Source: Macrostomum hystrix (lineage: Eukaryota; Animalia; Platyhelminthes). Taken from it: 64,000 nucleotides of DNA. The notes below the pieces were generated by a model that was given only the letters and a program-made list of their open reading frames with translations, ran no database searches and was not told where the DNA came from. The stretch lies in contig CATNEN010000040.1 in the NCBI GenBank assembly GCA_950097015.1, positions 186,001 to 250,000 on the forward strand, in the 5' to 3' direction. Position 1 is the first letter of the stretch. Every line of letters starts with the position of its first letter. The translations under genes and the position numbers were made by a program. Positions 20,264-33,041 of the stretch are shown in pieces.

Positions 20264-23200
20264 ATGGATAAAAAGTGTACATCCTGTGGAAAGACTGTGT
20301 ATCCACTAGAGCAGCTTAAATGTTTAGATCAGGTGAGTAATTCATTTTTAGTTTTTTTAATACCAAGGGAGTTGCAAATTGTAAGTAGATATCTAGCTAA
20401 AATATTTTTATTAAAAAACAAGGCATTGGATCACATAATGCTTATATTATAACTTACCAGTCATATGAAGCAAAGGACAATTGTGTAACTAATTCCTACC
20501 TAAGAGTAGTACTTTGTATTTCTTTTAAGATTAGTTAGTAGCCTTAGCTAAATTTCAGTTATGTCAGTCAAACAAAATTTTTGCCTTGGCTTATCACTGC
20601 AGCCTAAAACTGCTTAAACTCCAATGTAAAAATAAATTAAATAATCTAGGTAAAGTTGCTTGCTTTGGATAAAGTAGGATAAAGATAAATACAAAAATCA
20701 ACATGCAATATTTGATTTAATTAGATAAATGACACATTTCACACAACAGTATGCATCTTCAAGTTCTTTTAAACTAAAGTGAATAAGTAAAGATTGCAAG
20801 TGAATAAATAAATTTTGAAATTATTTAAAATACTTTTTATATATAAAAATGACACAGTATGTATAGCAATAGTAATGAATATACAAATACTAAGGGTATA
20901 AAACTGATATTATTGATATAAAATTAACTAGGCAACAACATGTTGTACAATATTTTGTGTCGCTTGTTTTCCACCCGATGGCAGAGATCTAGATGGGGAA
21001 AAAGCTTAAAATATCTCTTGTCTAGCCTGGAAAAAGCTTGTCTGTTAAGCATTCTTCTATGGACTAGACCGGAAAATTAGGTTTGCTATCAAGAGTCAAC
21101 TTAAAGAAAAAAGATTGACTGTAAAATCTGTTAAGCAGCTAGGGCCTATAGGCCTTAGTAATTTTTGCATTGAAAAGAACATGTAAATTGTATAAACAGG
21201 ATTTTAAAATATCTTAACAGGATTTTTACAGGATCTTAAACAGGGTTTTAAATAAAAATTGAAAAATTGAAAAATTGAGAAGTACTAGTATTTTAAAACA
21301 TGAGTTTTTTTTCGGTCTAGTCCATAGAAGAAAGCTTAACAGACGAGCTTTTTCCAGGCTAGACAAGAGATATTTTAAGCTTTTTCCCCATCTAGACCTC
21401 TGCCATCGGGTGTGTTTTCTCACATTAAACATATCACCAAATTAATAATGACAATGATTCAATTAATTGCATACATATTAGTTTAGCTATTGAGCCAGCA
21501 AAATCAGATACTTCAAATTTAACTTAGCTATAGAAAATTTCTATTTTATGAATCAAAGAAAACTTGTGAAACATGTTAAGATATAATTAGCTAAATTTTA
21601 CTGTCACAATCCTGTCAGATTAGTACCAACTTTATCCATATAGATCTATGCCAATAATGCCCACCTTATCCACATTAAGAGCTTTCTAGAATAGGCTACC
21701 TTGTTATATTCATGTATATCCTAACCATGCAAATGCCCACCTTTTCTAAATAAAATTTATTTCAGTCAATTCTTTATTTGATTAAATTAAGCTTTTCTTC
21801 AATTTATGATTGTGCTTATTGAAGTGACATTCCTTCAGTTTATGATCCCTGAAATTAGTGACAATCCCCATAGGAAAGATACAAAAGAGTGAAAAAAGTA
21901 TGTTTTTAATCACATTCCAAAAACAACAATCAAAAGTCACTCCACTTGTTTTTATTTGCTTGTCATCATGCTTGTCATCATAGTCTTAAGTAACAAAATA
22001 CAACAAAAAAGATATGGATCCTATATATTAACTTTAGTTTATGATAATTTAAATAGGTAAAATGCATTTAATTAATTGGGAACTGAAGGTATGGGGGTTT
22101 TAATGTTACAATCAATGCTGTTACGATCAACTGTTATACAATACAGATCCTATATGTCCACTTCTGTTTACAATAATTTAAATGGGGAAAATACATGAAA
22201 ATGATTGTGGACCAAGTGTAGGGGGGTTTAACATTGAATAGTGGTAGTATTGAACTATAATCACTATCTTTATATGCACTATCTTTGGTTTACAATCATT
22301 TGCATGTATTCCCTGCATTTAAATGATTGCAAACCAAAGCTGAGGGGGTTTGGCAGTGGCTAGGTAGTTATGAGTTTGAAACATGTAAATTAGCACAAAT
22401 CAACCGCCTACAAGTCCAAGTTAAGCATAAGATTGTCTGGAACTGCAGCACCTATGGATGGATGAGACAAACAACTTAGTATGCTATTGAATGTCTCCAC
22501 ATTTCAAGTCTTCCATTGAAATGATTGTAAACTAAAGGTAGTATGTATTTAGTTAGATCTTGATTATTGTTCATAACTGCCACTATTAGACACAAAACCC
22601 TACCTTTGGTTCATGGCCATTTACATTTATTTCTGCCAGACATGTAGAATGTGGTGGCCTATTCTAGCAAGCTGCTATGGGGATAAGGCAGGTATTATTG
22701 TCTCTGATCCCTGTGGATAAAGTTGGCACTATTTTCATGGGACCATGCTGATTAGCACTGCCATATTTAACATCTTTATAAAACAAATGTTAAGAAGTGA
22801 TTTCATTTGTTTTTCAATGTTTATCTTCATTTGTTTATGTTTAAGTTAGTTAAAATTGATTGATAGACAGGAAACTACATCTAGCCTAGTTAGGCCAGAC
22901 CCTATATTACAAAGGACATAGTTTCTAACTATCATTTCTATGGGTTGCATTTAGCCTTTTCTCATTTATTTGTAATCAGGCACATAATAACAAACTAGTA
23001 GCCATAGCCTATAGAGTAGAGATGATTAATACTTCTGGACACACTACAAAAATATAGGCCTTTGTGAAGTAAATCTTTTAAATGATTATTGCACATATAG
23101 TTTAAATTTTATCTGTGTAAATTATATGATATTTTATAATAAAATCTTTAATATTCAAGAAAGGTACAATTATTTTCTTGTATTTTAAGTTTTGCTATTT

Positions 23201-26200
23201 GTGGTTTCTTACACCAGATCTGGCACAAGCAGTGCTTCAAATGTGAAGTGTGCGGCATGACACTAAATATGAAGAACTACAAAGGCTTGGAGAAGAAGCC
23301 CTATTGCTCCGCGTGAGTCACGGAACTGCTTCTTCATATCTAATGTGAATTATGCATAATGTAAAATATTATACATTCTTGATAAATTGCATTCAAATCT
23401 GTAGGCACTACCCCCAGCCAAAGGCCTACACCTTTGTTAGCGATAATCCCGAGATGCAGCGTGTTAAGCAGAACACGGCCGTGATTAGTAATGTGAGTTT
23501 TAAGCTTTCTCGTTTTGTGTGATTATTTATTGTTTTTTGTTTTTTTATTAAACGTCTTAACTTCTAATTCTGAAACGCATTCTGTCTTATTGTAATTTAC
23601 TTTCAAGCCTGAAATTCCAGGTAAAACTTTTTTCAATTGATATGAATCACAATTGAAATTGTTCACGCAAGCACAGTGTTCACCTCTGTGACATAATCAT
23701 GACCTCGTGTGTATAGGAAAATAACAGTATCATTTAACCTTGCACTCGCAGGTGAAATATCACGAGGAGTTTGAGAAGTCGAAGGGCGCCAAGATGGCCG
23801 TCACCGAGGACATGCTGCTGCCGTCAGCTCAAGCTGTGAGTGGGGGGCATCTTTTGAAATGGCCCGATAAAAGCAACGTGCCTTCTTGATTTGTCCCCCT
23901 GTTGCTAGCTGATTGCGTAATATTGCATTAGTTGAAGTTTCAGCCATGCCATGTATGCTTAAAAAATATAATTCAGATTTTAGTCCGTATTTTAATTATT
24001 AAAATTGCTATCAAATGAATGTATGCACGTTTTATTGAGATCTAGTTTATAGGTTTAATTATTTCCCTAAACTTTTATGCTTGACTGCTTAACTATCAAG
24101 GCCTTCAGGCAAGGCATTTTTTTCTTCCTAATCCCCTAGGTTAGGCGATTTCCATCCTCCCAGATCCCAAAGTTGGACGGTTCCCCATCCTCTCAGATCC
24201 TCAGGTTGTGCGATTCCCATCCTCCCAGATCCTCAGGTTGTGCGATTCCCATCCTCCCAGATCCTCAGGTTGTGCGATTCCCATCCTCCCAGATCCTCAG
24301 TTTGTGCGATTCCCATCCTCCCAGATCCTCAGGTTGTGCGATTCCCATCCTCCCAGATCCTCAGGTTGTGCGATTCCCATCGTCCCAGATCCTCAGGTTG
24401 TGCGATTCCCATCGTCCCAGATCCTCAAATTGGGTATTTCCCATCGTCCCAGATCCTCAAATTGGGTATTTCCCATCGTCCCAGATCCTCAAATTGGGTA
24501 TCTCCCATCGTCCCAGATCTTCTGTCTATCCATCCTGATCCCAAAAGTGAATTGCATCGGATCTCGAATCTATTAACTTCTCTCCCCTCTCAGGCCAAGA
24601 AGCAGCCAGCCCCGCCGCCCGCACAGCCAACAAATGCCGCCGTTGGTAAGTTTTTTAGTATTATTTTTTATTGTATGCTTACCATATACGAATATGTTTA
24701 TAGCCACATTTATTCACTGTTCACTGCAGTTTGAAATATCAATTAGTAATTTGTCTCCGTTTTTGTGCACTTTTATTTCTTGTTCTTTATACGTAGTCAG
24801 GGACGCAAAAGCGCCCCTGAATGTTTTAATAATCAATATTTTGGACAACCCCAATTGGTGAATGTCATAAAAGGCGATTTAGTCCCAGTTGTTTTGAGCA
24901 CTAAAATACTTCTATGTTGTGCAAGCTTGTGTTGTCAGCAACTCATTTTGTTTTAACTGTGGTTTACTAGGACGCTCTTGCTGGAATAAAAATATTATAT
25001 TTATATAATATAAGTAACAAATTCATATCTATCTATAGGTCAATCTATCAATCTGCTTGTTAATTCATCAATGCTGTCAATCAGTCTGTTAGATCTATCC
25101 ATGAAATCCATTAATCAATTTGTAAATCAATACATCAAATTATCAATCTATTTTTAAATCTTTCGATTAAACTATCAATCAATTTGTAAGTCAATCAATC
25201 AAAACTATCAATCAGTTTTTAAATCAATCCATCAAACTATCAAGCAGTTTTTAAATCAATCCATCAAACTATCAATCAGTTTTTAAATCAATCCATCAAA
25301 CTATCAATCAGTTTTTAAATCAATCCATCAAACTATCAATCGATTTTTAAAATCAATCTATCACAACTATCAATCAATATTTACATCAATCAAACATCAA
25401 ACCCATCAATCATTCTGACTATCAATCAATCTGTACATAAATTTATCTGCCAATCAATCATTCTATATATCAATCCTATCGATCAATTGGTTAGATAAAC
25501 ACATCAAACTAGCATCTCAATCAATTCAGTTGATCAATCAATGATCAATCATAAAAATCATTTTCAAAGCAAAGTCAGTCAACCGTCGCGGCTCCGCCGA
25601 GGCCCCAGTCGGGCCGGGCGCCGCCGCTCCTGCCGCAGCTCCGGGTTCGATTTTCGCTTACGACCCGGCGCGGCGGGAGGAGGAAGAGGCGACGTCGGTT
25701 GGTTCGGCCGCCGACCAGCTGCAGCCGAAGGAGGCATTCGATCCGCACGCCGCTAAACGCGGCTCAACGATTTATTCTAGCGAGGAGTCTCAGCAGAGTA
25801 CGGGCTTGGACTGGCCGGCCCATCCATGCTTATTAGTTTTAGTTTCCAATTTTAATCAAAGTTTTTACAAAGCAAATTAATTTCAAAGAGAAAAACAGTA
25901 GTAAGCGCGCCACAATGATTCCTGCATTTGACAATCATGGTTTTCAGTAGTCATGAAAGGCATCAAACTGGCGTTCCGTTGGCAACGCAATCTTTGCTGT
26001 CACACTATAACCATCCATTAATAACCTACCTGTTCCGTGCCATTGTATGGGCGCGTTGCCAATGTCAAGCCAAAAAAATATGATTCCTAAACTAGATAAA
26101 TTATATCCTTGTGTATAAAAAACGATTTAAGATGTAAGAGAAAATGGTTTCTAGCTCCAGAGCTAGTAATAAACAACCAATTGCCATCTGTATCTTCTAC

Positions 26201-29200
26201 GTAATCATATTAGTGCAACAATGTGTTTTGAAATTAAGCACACCTCTTTGCTAACCTATAGTCATTTTATTAAAAAATTATATTTTTTAATCCGACAATT
26301 TATTATATATTTAGATAGTCTGCAAACAATACATTTAACAAAAACATTCCACGTATAAAATTACTCCAGGGTTTAGCTTAATTGTGTTTGAATGACGTCA
26401 CACATTGTAACAATGTGTTAAGGTATATCTGTTCCGTGTGTCTAGGCAAGCATGAATAGTTTTGTCCTGTTTCACCTGCTCGTACGCTAAGCTAATTGGA
26501 GGCTATGTACCTAGTTAAACATCCGTGGCATTTGAATAGTGCAGTCCTGTCTCTTGCGGCATGCTTGTTGAAGTTTAGGTTTGAGTTGTTTATATATTTA
26601 GTCTCTGCTGCTGATAAAATAATAAGTTAAACTGGCCTTTTAGTTTTATTTTAGGAAACTATAATCCCAGTATTAATCTGCCCTACTAATCCTAGAAAAA
26701 TTAGACTGTTATCACTATTCTGACTCACGATAGTCTGTGTGTAAACATACAAGTAATTTTTTTAGGCCCTTAAGTCGTCCTGTTTTATAACTTGCATATA
26801 CCCCTGATAACGCATTATTGATGGCCCAGTTCTTTCTGCCACTGAAAATTAGTTCTCGTTTGTCTAAATAGAAACTGCTAATTAGCGACGACGAAGGGAT
26901 AGGCTTTTTCGGCTGCGAGAATTATGTCCAGGCAGTAAACAGCCAATCAGTGACGAGGGACCTAGAAGAGTTAGACGTTTTTGGGGTAGGAATTTAAGTT
27001 TTGGTGATTTGAGCCAATCAGATGACTTGGAGGCGGTTAAAATTTTTGGTACGAGCTCTAGGTTTAGGTGATAGCCAATCAGTGACAAGGAAGGGATATC
27101 AAGATCGCTCCTGACTTTGTAGACAGTGTCTACAATTTCTATTCTCCCTTGTGCTGGATTTTTTGCGAGCAAAATTGAAGGCGCATTTTTAAATATAGTT
27201 TTGCATCTGTGATTTATAGCTGCGCTCGAAATGAGTCTATAGGCGGCAGCGAATGATCGATTTTGATATTCTCTAATCTTTGTACTCATCACAAAAATCT
27301 ATCTACAGCGCCAGTGAACTCATCATACACCGGCCAGTCCACCGTGTACACAACCTCTGCTATTGGCCGACGCTATCAGCCACAGCCGGCTCCCGAGTCA
27401 GAACCCGATAATCATCACGCCCCCGCCGCCCCATCTGGAGGAGCCGCTGCTCGCTACAGCCAAAACTCGGATCGGAGCTCGCCTAGGCATAGCGGCTACG
27501 GAGCTGCTGTAGAACCAGGTAGGCTCATTTTGTACTTCGGTGCTGTGGCTGGATTGGGATTACGTCCGCAGATCAACGTCCTAAATCCTGCCTGATCCCC
27601 ATGATATAATTAGCAACCTCCAGATTCCAGGATATTATCAGCAACCTCCCAGATCCTCATAATATTATCAACAACCTCCCAGATCCTCAGGATATTATCA
27701 GCAACCTCCCAGATCCTCAGAATATTATCAACAACCTCCCAGATCCTCAAAATATTATCAACAACCTCCCAGATCCTCAAAATATTATCAACAACCTCCC
27801 AGATCCTCAAAATATTATCAACAACCTCCCAGATCCTCAAAATATTATCAACAACCTCCCAGATCCTCATAATATTATCAACAACCTCCCAGATCCTCAG
27901 GATATTATCAACAGCCTCCCAGATCCTCAGGATATTATCAGCAACCTCCCAGATCCTCAGGATATTATCAGCAACCTCCCAGATCCTCAGGATATAATAG
28001 AATGAAACAGTGAGCCTACTTTAACAAGGTAGCATTCGTGTATTTATGTACAGGGGTGTTAGGTTAATGTGTTGTTCTAAAAAAACAAATAGATAAGCCT
28101 GTTAATTCTTTTTTTTGCGAGCACACTAGCAGAAATAAAGTAGAAGATTGCTTGGTCTTTTCGCTACTTTTCGCTACTAAAAGCAGAAAACTGTGTGTTT
28201 TCTGCCCCTAAAAGCACAGGGCAGGCTGTAAGCATGTACGCGGACTTATATTTGTTGCATAGCTGGCCAATACACTCGCAGCTAAAGTCTCTGATTAGAA
28301 TTCGGAATTCTCAGGATCGCCTTTCTGGCTTTATAGAATTTGGTTCGCACACTGTTGAACCACATTTTTTGTGTGGACACTGCGCCACACCCATTCCCCG
28401 AAACACGCATGCGCTTTCCTCGGTCGCTATTTTATTTTTTCGCTTCTCTTCTTTCATTCAGATTAAATTAAAGCTAAACGATCGTGTGTTTCCAGCGGAA
28501 GGATTGCATGGACTGGAGAAACTAGGAGACTGTGTTCTTTTGCGATGAATGCGCGGGGTAACACTTGGATAAACACGAAATGACGATCTTAAAAGGATAA
28601 CATAAAAATAAGCCTAACGAATGAGAACTACGATCTGCTCAAAGCACAAACCTATGAACCAAGTTCTAAGAACTCTTAAACATTATTATTACTAACTAAG
28701 GCCAACCCTCAGCCTCAGCCACACTGACGACAACCCTCAGCCACACTGACGACAACCCTCAGCCACACTGACGACAACCCTCAGCCACACTGACGGCAAC
28801 CCTCAGCCACACTGACGACAACCCTCAATCAAACTAAGGGCAACCCTCAGCCACACTAAGGGCAACCCTCAGCCACACTAAGGGCAACCCTCAGCCACAC
28901 TAAGGGCAAACCTCAGTCACACTAATGGCAACCCTCAGCCACACTAAGGGCAACCCTCTGCCACACTAATGGCAACCCTCAGCCACACTAAGGGCAACCC
29001 TCAATTAAACGAAGGGCAACCCTCAGCCACACTAAGGGCAACCCTCAATTAAACGAAGGGCAACCCTCAGCCACACTAAGGGCAACCCTCAATTAAACGA
29101 AGGGCAACCCTCAGTCACACTAAGCGCAACCCTCTGCCACACTAAGGGCAACCCTCAATTAAACGAAGGGCAACCCTCAGTCACACTAAGAGCAACCCTC

Positions 29201-30846
29201 TGCCACACTAAGGGCAACCCTCAATTAAACGAAGGGCAACCCTCAGTCACACTAAGAGCAACCCTCTGCCACACTAATGGGAACCCTCTGCCACACTAAT
29301 GGCAACCCTCTGCCACACTAATGGCAACCCTCTGCCACACTAATGGCAACCCTCTGCCACACTAATGGCAACCCTCTGCAACACTAATGGCAACCCTCTG
29401 CCACACTAATGGCAACCCTCTGCCACACTAATGGCTACCCTCTGCCACACTAATGGCAACCCTCTGCCACACTAATGGCAACCCTCTGCCACACTAATGG
29501 CTACCCTCTGCCACACTAATGGCAACCCTCTGCCACACTAATGGCAACCCTCTGCCACACTAATGGCAACCCTCTGCCACACTAATGGCAACCCTCTGCC
29601 ACACTAATGGCTACCCTCTGCCACACTAATGGCAACCCTCTGCTACACTAAGGGCAACCCTCAATTAAACGAAAGGCAACTCTCAGTCACACTAAGGGCA
29701 ACCCTCAGTCACACTAAGGGCAACCCTCTGCCACACTAATGGCAACCCTCAGCCACACTAAGGGCAACCCTCAGTCACACTAAGGGCAACCTTCAGACAC
29801 ACTAAGGGCACCTTCAGCCACACTAAGGGCAACCCTCAGCCACACTAAGGGCAACCCTCAGCCACACTAAGGGCAACCCTCAGCCACACTAAGGGCAACC
29901 CTCAGCCACGCTAAAGGCATCTTCAGCCACACTAAGGGCAACCCTCAGCCACGCTAAGGGCAACCCTCAGCCACGCTAAAGGCATCTTTTAACCTGACTT
30001 AGGCAAACTTCGTATCTTCTAGCATACTAGCTATCTCTCTCCCATTTCTCATTCAGTTGCTCCGCCAGCTCAAAGGCAACCGTCGCCTCCGCCGCCGCAG
30101 CCTCAGCAGTATTATCAGCCGCCACCGTCGCCACCCGCCGTTCAACAGCAGCCGCCGCAGTCGCCAGCAGCTGCTCCAGAACCCGCAGTTGATCGCGGAG
30201 TAAGAACTTTTTCATTTTGCATATCTACAAAGCCTATGGACACTACTGATAAGTAGGCACGTTAGACTTCAGTTTTCTCACCTGTTTTCTCAGACATATG
30301 TTTTCTGCTCTCAAAATAGATTGCAGCACCCGGTTAAATTCTCCGCGTGTCGATTATTAAGTTCTTCGAGTGCCTGAGATTTGTAAGAAATATATTTATG
30401 AAAAGTACATTTATTAAATAATGTAATCTTAAATTTAGTCACATGTAAATTCACAACTAATTATAATCTTAAAAATCAATCCATAGATTTCTACTGACCT
30501 AGAAAATTAGTTAAGCGCCAATGTATAAAATTGTGCAAGTTTTTAATCCGCATATTTAGTATTATAACTTCTAAATCTATATGACTAAACGCAAAGCATC
30601 AGACATTTTCTGGTTTAATAAGCTAACTGCACTGGCCATGTGTCCAATCCCTCACCTGCATTCTTACAGCGCTGCTACCGAGCTCTCTACGACTATGTCG
30701 CTCAGGACGACGACGAGGTCGCTTTCAACGAAGGTGACGTCATCACTAACGGCGATCCAATCGACGAAGGCTGGATGTACGGCATAGTTGAACGGACCGG
30801 GCAGTACGGCATGCTGCCATCCAACTATGTCGAAGAGCTGCTCTGA
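20264..30846 (+). CDS. LASP1: LIM and SH3 domain protein (LASP/nebulette family), 9 coding exons, about 381 aa
   Basis: Exons 20264-20332, 23218-23312, 23405-23492, 23752-23835, 24594-24645, 25570 (or 25579)-25797, 27309-27518, 30057-30199, 30670-30846; phases are consistent. LIM domain [42 protein letters not shown]...PYC..HYP, nebulin repeat [28 protein letters not shown] linker, SH3 YRALYDY...GWMYG...GMLPSNYVE. The middle linker exons are less certain than the ends. Confidence 0.88.
20972..21412. mobile_element. MITE with ~105-bp TIRs (CACCCGATGGCAGAG...) and a 7-bp target-site duplication TGTTTTC
   Basis: 20972-21077 is the reverse complement of 21308-21412; TGTTTTC at 20965-20971 and 21413-21419. 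Confidence 0.9.
21621..22764. mobile_element. Degenerate second copy of the 17316-18556 MITE family in LASP intron 1
   Basis: 21621-21673 and 22681-22764 are diverged inverted arms; the right end GGGACCATGCTGATTAGCACTGCCATA resembles 18531-18557. Confidence 0.65.
24150..24530. repeat. 32-bp minisatellite (GATCCTCAGGTTGTGCGATTCCCATCCTCCCA)n in LASP intron 4
   Basis: Unit read directly; a variant sub-array (AAATTGGGTATT) occupies the 3' end. Confidence 0.92.
25010..25545. repeat. ATCA-rich degenerate repeat with a 32-bp core array at ~25200-25350 (LASP intron 5)
   Basis: AAATCAATCCATCAAACTATCAATCAGTTTTT recurs every 32 bp. Confidence 0.8.
27605..27995. repeat. 30-bp minisatellite (AATATTATCAACAACCTCCCAGATCCTCAG)n in LASP intron 7
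   Basis: Unit read directly; 10-aa periodicity. Confidence 0.94.
28700..29990. repeat. 22-bp minisatellite (AAGGGCAACCCTCAGCCACACT)n in LASP intron 7, about 58 copies, with variant blocks
   Basis: Unit read directly. Confidence 0.95.
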
Positions 30847-31059
30847 GCTGTCTAACGATTTTTGTAGCGGATTAGTTTGAGAATAGACTTTTGGTGACTT
30901 CTGTGTAGCGTAAAATAAATTATTGTATCCGTTTTTTTAATAACGCACATTATTATTCCTCCTGACTGACGGCTGCAAAAAACAGTTCATTGGTTGACGA
31001 GTGGCCTCATAAACTGGCATTCTTCATTGTAGGCCTTTAAATTGATTGTTTATTCTCCT

Positions 31060-31350
31060 CCCACGGTCATTTGGTTGGTCATTATCCTCTCACAGTCATT
31101 TGTTTGGTCATTATCCTCTCACGGTCATTTGGTTGGTCATTATCCTCTCACAGTCATTTGGTTGGTCATTATCCTCTCACGGTCATTTGGTTGGTCATTA
31201 TCCTCCCACGGTCATTTGGTTTGGTTGGTCATTATCCTCCCACGGTCATTTGGTTTGGTTGGTCATTATCCTCCCACGGTCATTTGGTTTGGTTGGTCAT
31301 TATCCTCCCACGGTCATTTAGTTTGGTTGGTCATTATACTCCATGGTCAT
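31060..31350. repeat. 29/34-bp minisatellite (GGTCATTATCCTCTCACGGTCATTTGGTT)n downstream of LASP
   Basis: Unit read directly. Confidence 0.92.
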
Positions 31351-33041
31351 TTGGCACGCAGTGTCCAAAAGCCTAATCGATAATTGTAGCAAGAGCAATC
31401 AATAAAATTTCATAAATATTTTTCGATTCCAAGAACTGCATTGTACCGGGCAGACAGGAGCCTGCAGCCTTATATCGCTGTTTTCAATGTATGGCCTCGT
31501 TATATAATTTCTATTATTAATATTATTAGATTTTGTACTATACAATAATTAATTTCTAATTAATTGCTTAGCTAATAAGTCTCAATGCTTGCTGATCAAT
31601 CATTAGTTAACTATTAATTAAATGCTTTTTTCGCTAAACCTCTACTTCTCAACTCTACCCGCACATTGACAACCAATACATCAATACCTTGCTGATTGAT
31701 TTATTGATTCGTTTGCTTAAAACAACGGCCGGCTGTGCCCTTCCCGCTGCAAATTTTTTTTCTCGACGCACTCCAGTTAGAAATTTGTGAGTTTTTTTCT
31801 GTTTATTTTGTTAAATCTGTTCTTGGTCTAATTAGTTTTTTTGGTTTTCGGAAGTGTTTTTTGCTCGTGCCACCGAAATAATTTGTCATTTAAAATTGTT
31901 TCTATTCTGCTTGCTTAACATTGCGTCAATTGTTATTGTCAGCGAGTGATATAATCAATAATTCAGTAAGCATCTATTATATTCGAGAGAACAGAAGATT
32001 GATTGATCATTTATGTTTAACAATTTTTGTATATATATATATATGTATTCATTATCGTATAAGTACAGACCACTCATATTCTAGTTGCCAGTGAAGGGGG
32101 CATTAGCGGTTCCAAAAAATGGCTCTCTATTTTATCCTGCTTCATTTCCTGCCTTATTTCTCTGGGCATTACTAAATTGCTTCTTACGAGGTACTGACTA
32201 ACAGTTCTCATTTTAGTTTGTATAGATACTATTTGATGTAATATGGTTAGATGTACTGCAGCCTGCTCCTCGGAATTTCATATGCTATTCATTAACTGAT
32301 TCTTAATTCTTCCCAAACTCGAAGCTTATTTTGCTTTTTGATTCTTTTAATTCCAACAACAAATCCTAATATAGAGTGTTCAACGCGGCTGTGACCGCAG
32401 AAAATTTCTGTTTTTATCTTTCATTACCGGTTCACCTCGGCTTGCAGTTATTTCGAACACAGCTGTTTAAGTACTGAGCGGCACTGTAAAATCACAGTTT
32501 GAAGTCTGACAGCCCACTGACCTATTAGTAAGTTACTTAGGCTGGTCATGATCATTCGGTTTAGAAAAATATCATTTCCGGAGAGTTGCAGGCATTTGGA
32601 TCATTTGGTGACATCCCGCTAAAAAATAGGGATGTTTCTTTGGGTGATTCCAGTTGGAATCTGCGGTGTTTCCAGAAAAAGAAACAGCCGACCGCTGGAC
32701 ACATACCAATCGGATGATTCCATTCTTAGAATCTACCCAACTGGGCGTTTTCTCGGTGTTTCTTGGTGGCGAAATGGAATCACCCAAAGAATCCTCCAGT
32801 TCGGAAGATTCCATGCTCAGAAACCGCCGAGGAATCGCCCGTAAACAATTCTCTGGTTGTCCCATAGGCCACTGGTTCGGGTGATTCTTCGGCGGTTTCC
32901 GCACAATTTACGGTTACATCGGCTGCTTCCTGGGTGGTTTCTCTAACTCTTGCGAGATAGGGGGGATTTCGGTAGATTCCACTCCTATTTTGCACAAAAA
33001 ACCCGCCGAAGAAGCAGCCGAATTTTTTACAGGGATTTTAT

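Noticed and set aside
17370-22725. Multiple TTATCCACA (bacterial DnaA-box consensus) suggesting an oriC
   Set aside because: All lie inside MITE arms in a spliced eukaryotic locus; better explained as subterminal motifs of the element.
26882-27292. 136-aa minus-strand ORF in LASP intron 6
   Set aside because: No recognisable motif or splice support, so it cannot be called a gene or transposase fragment.
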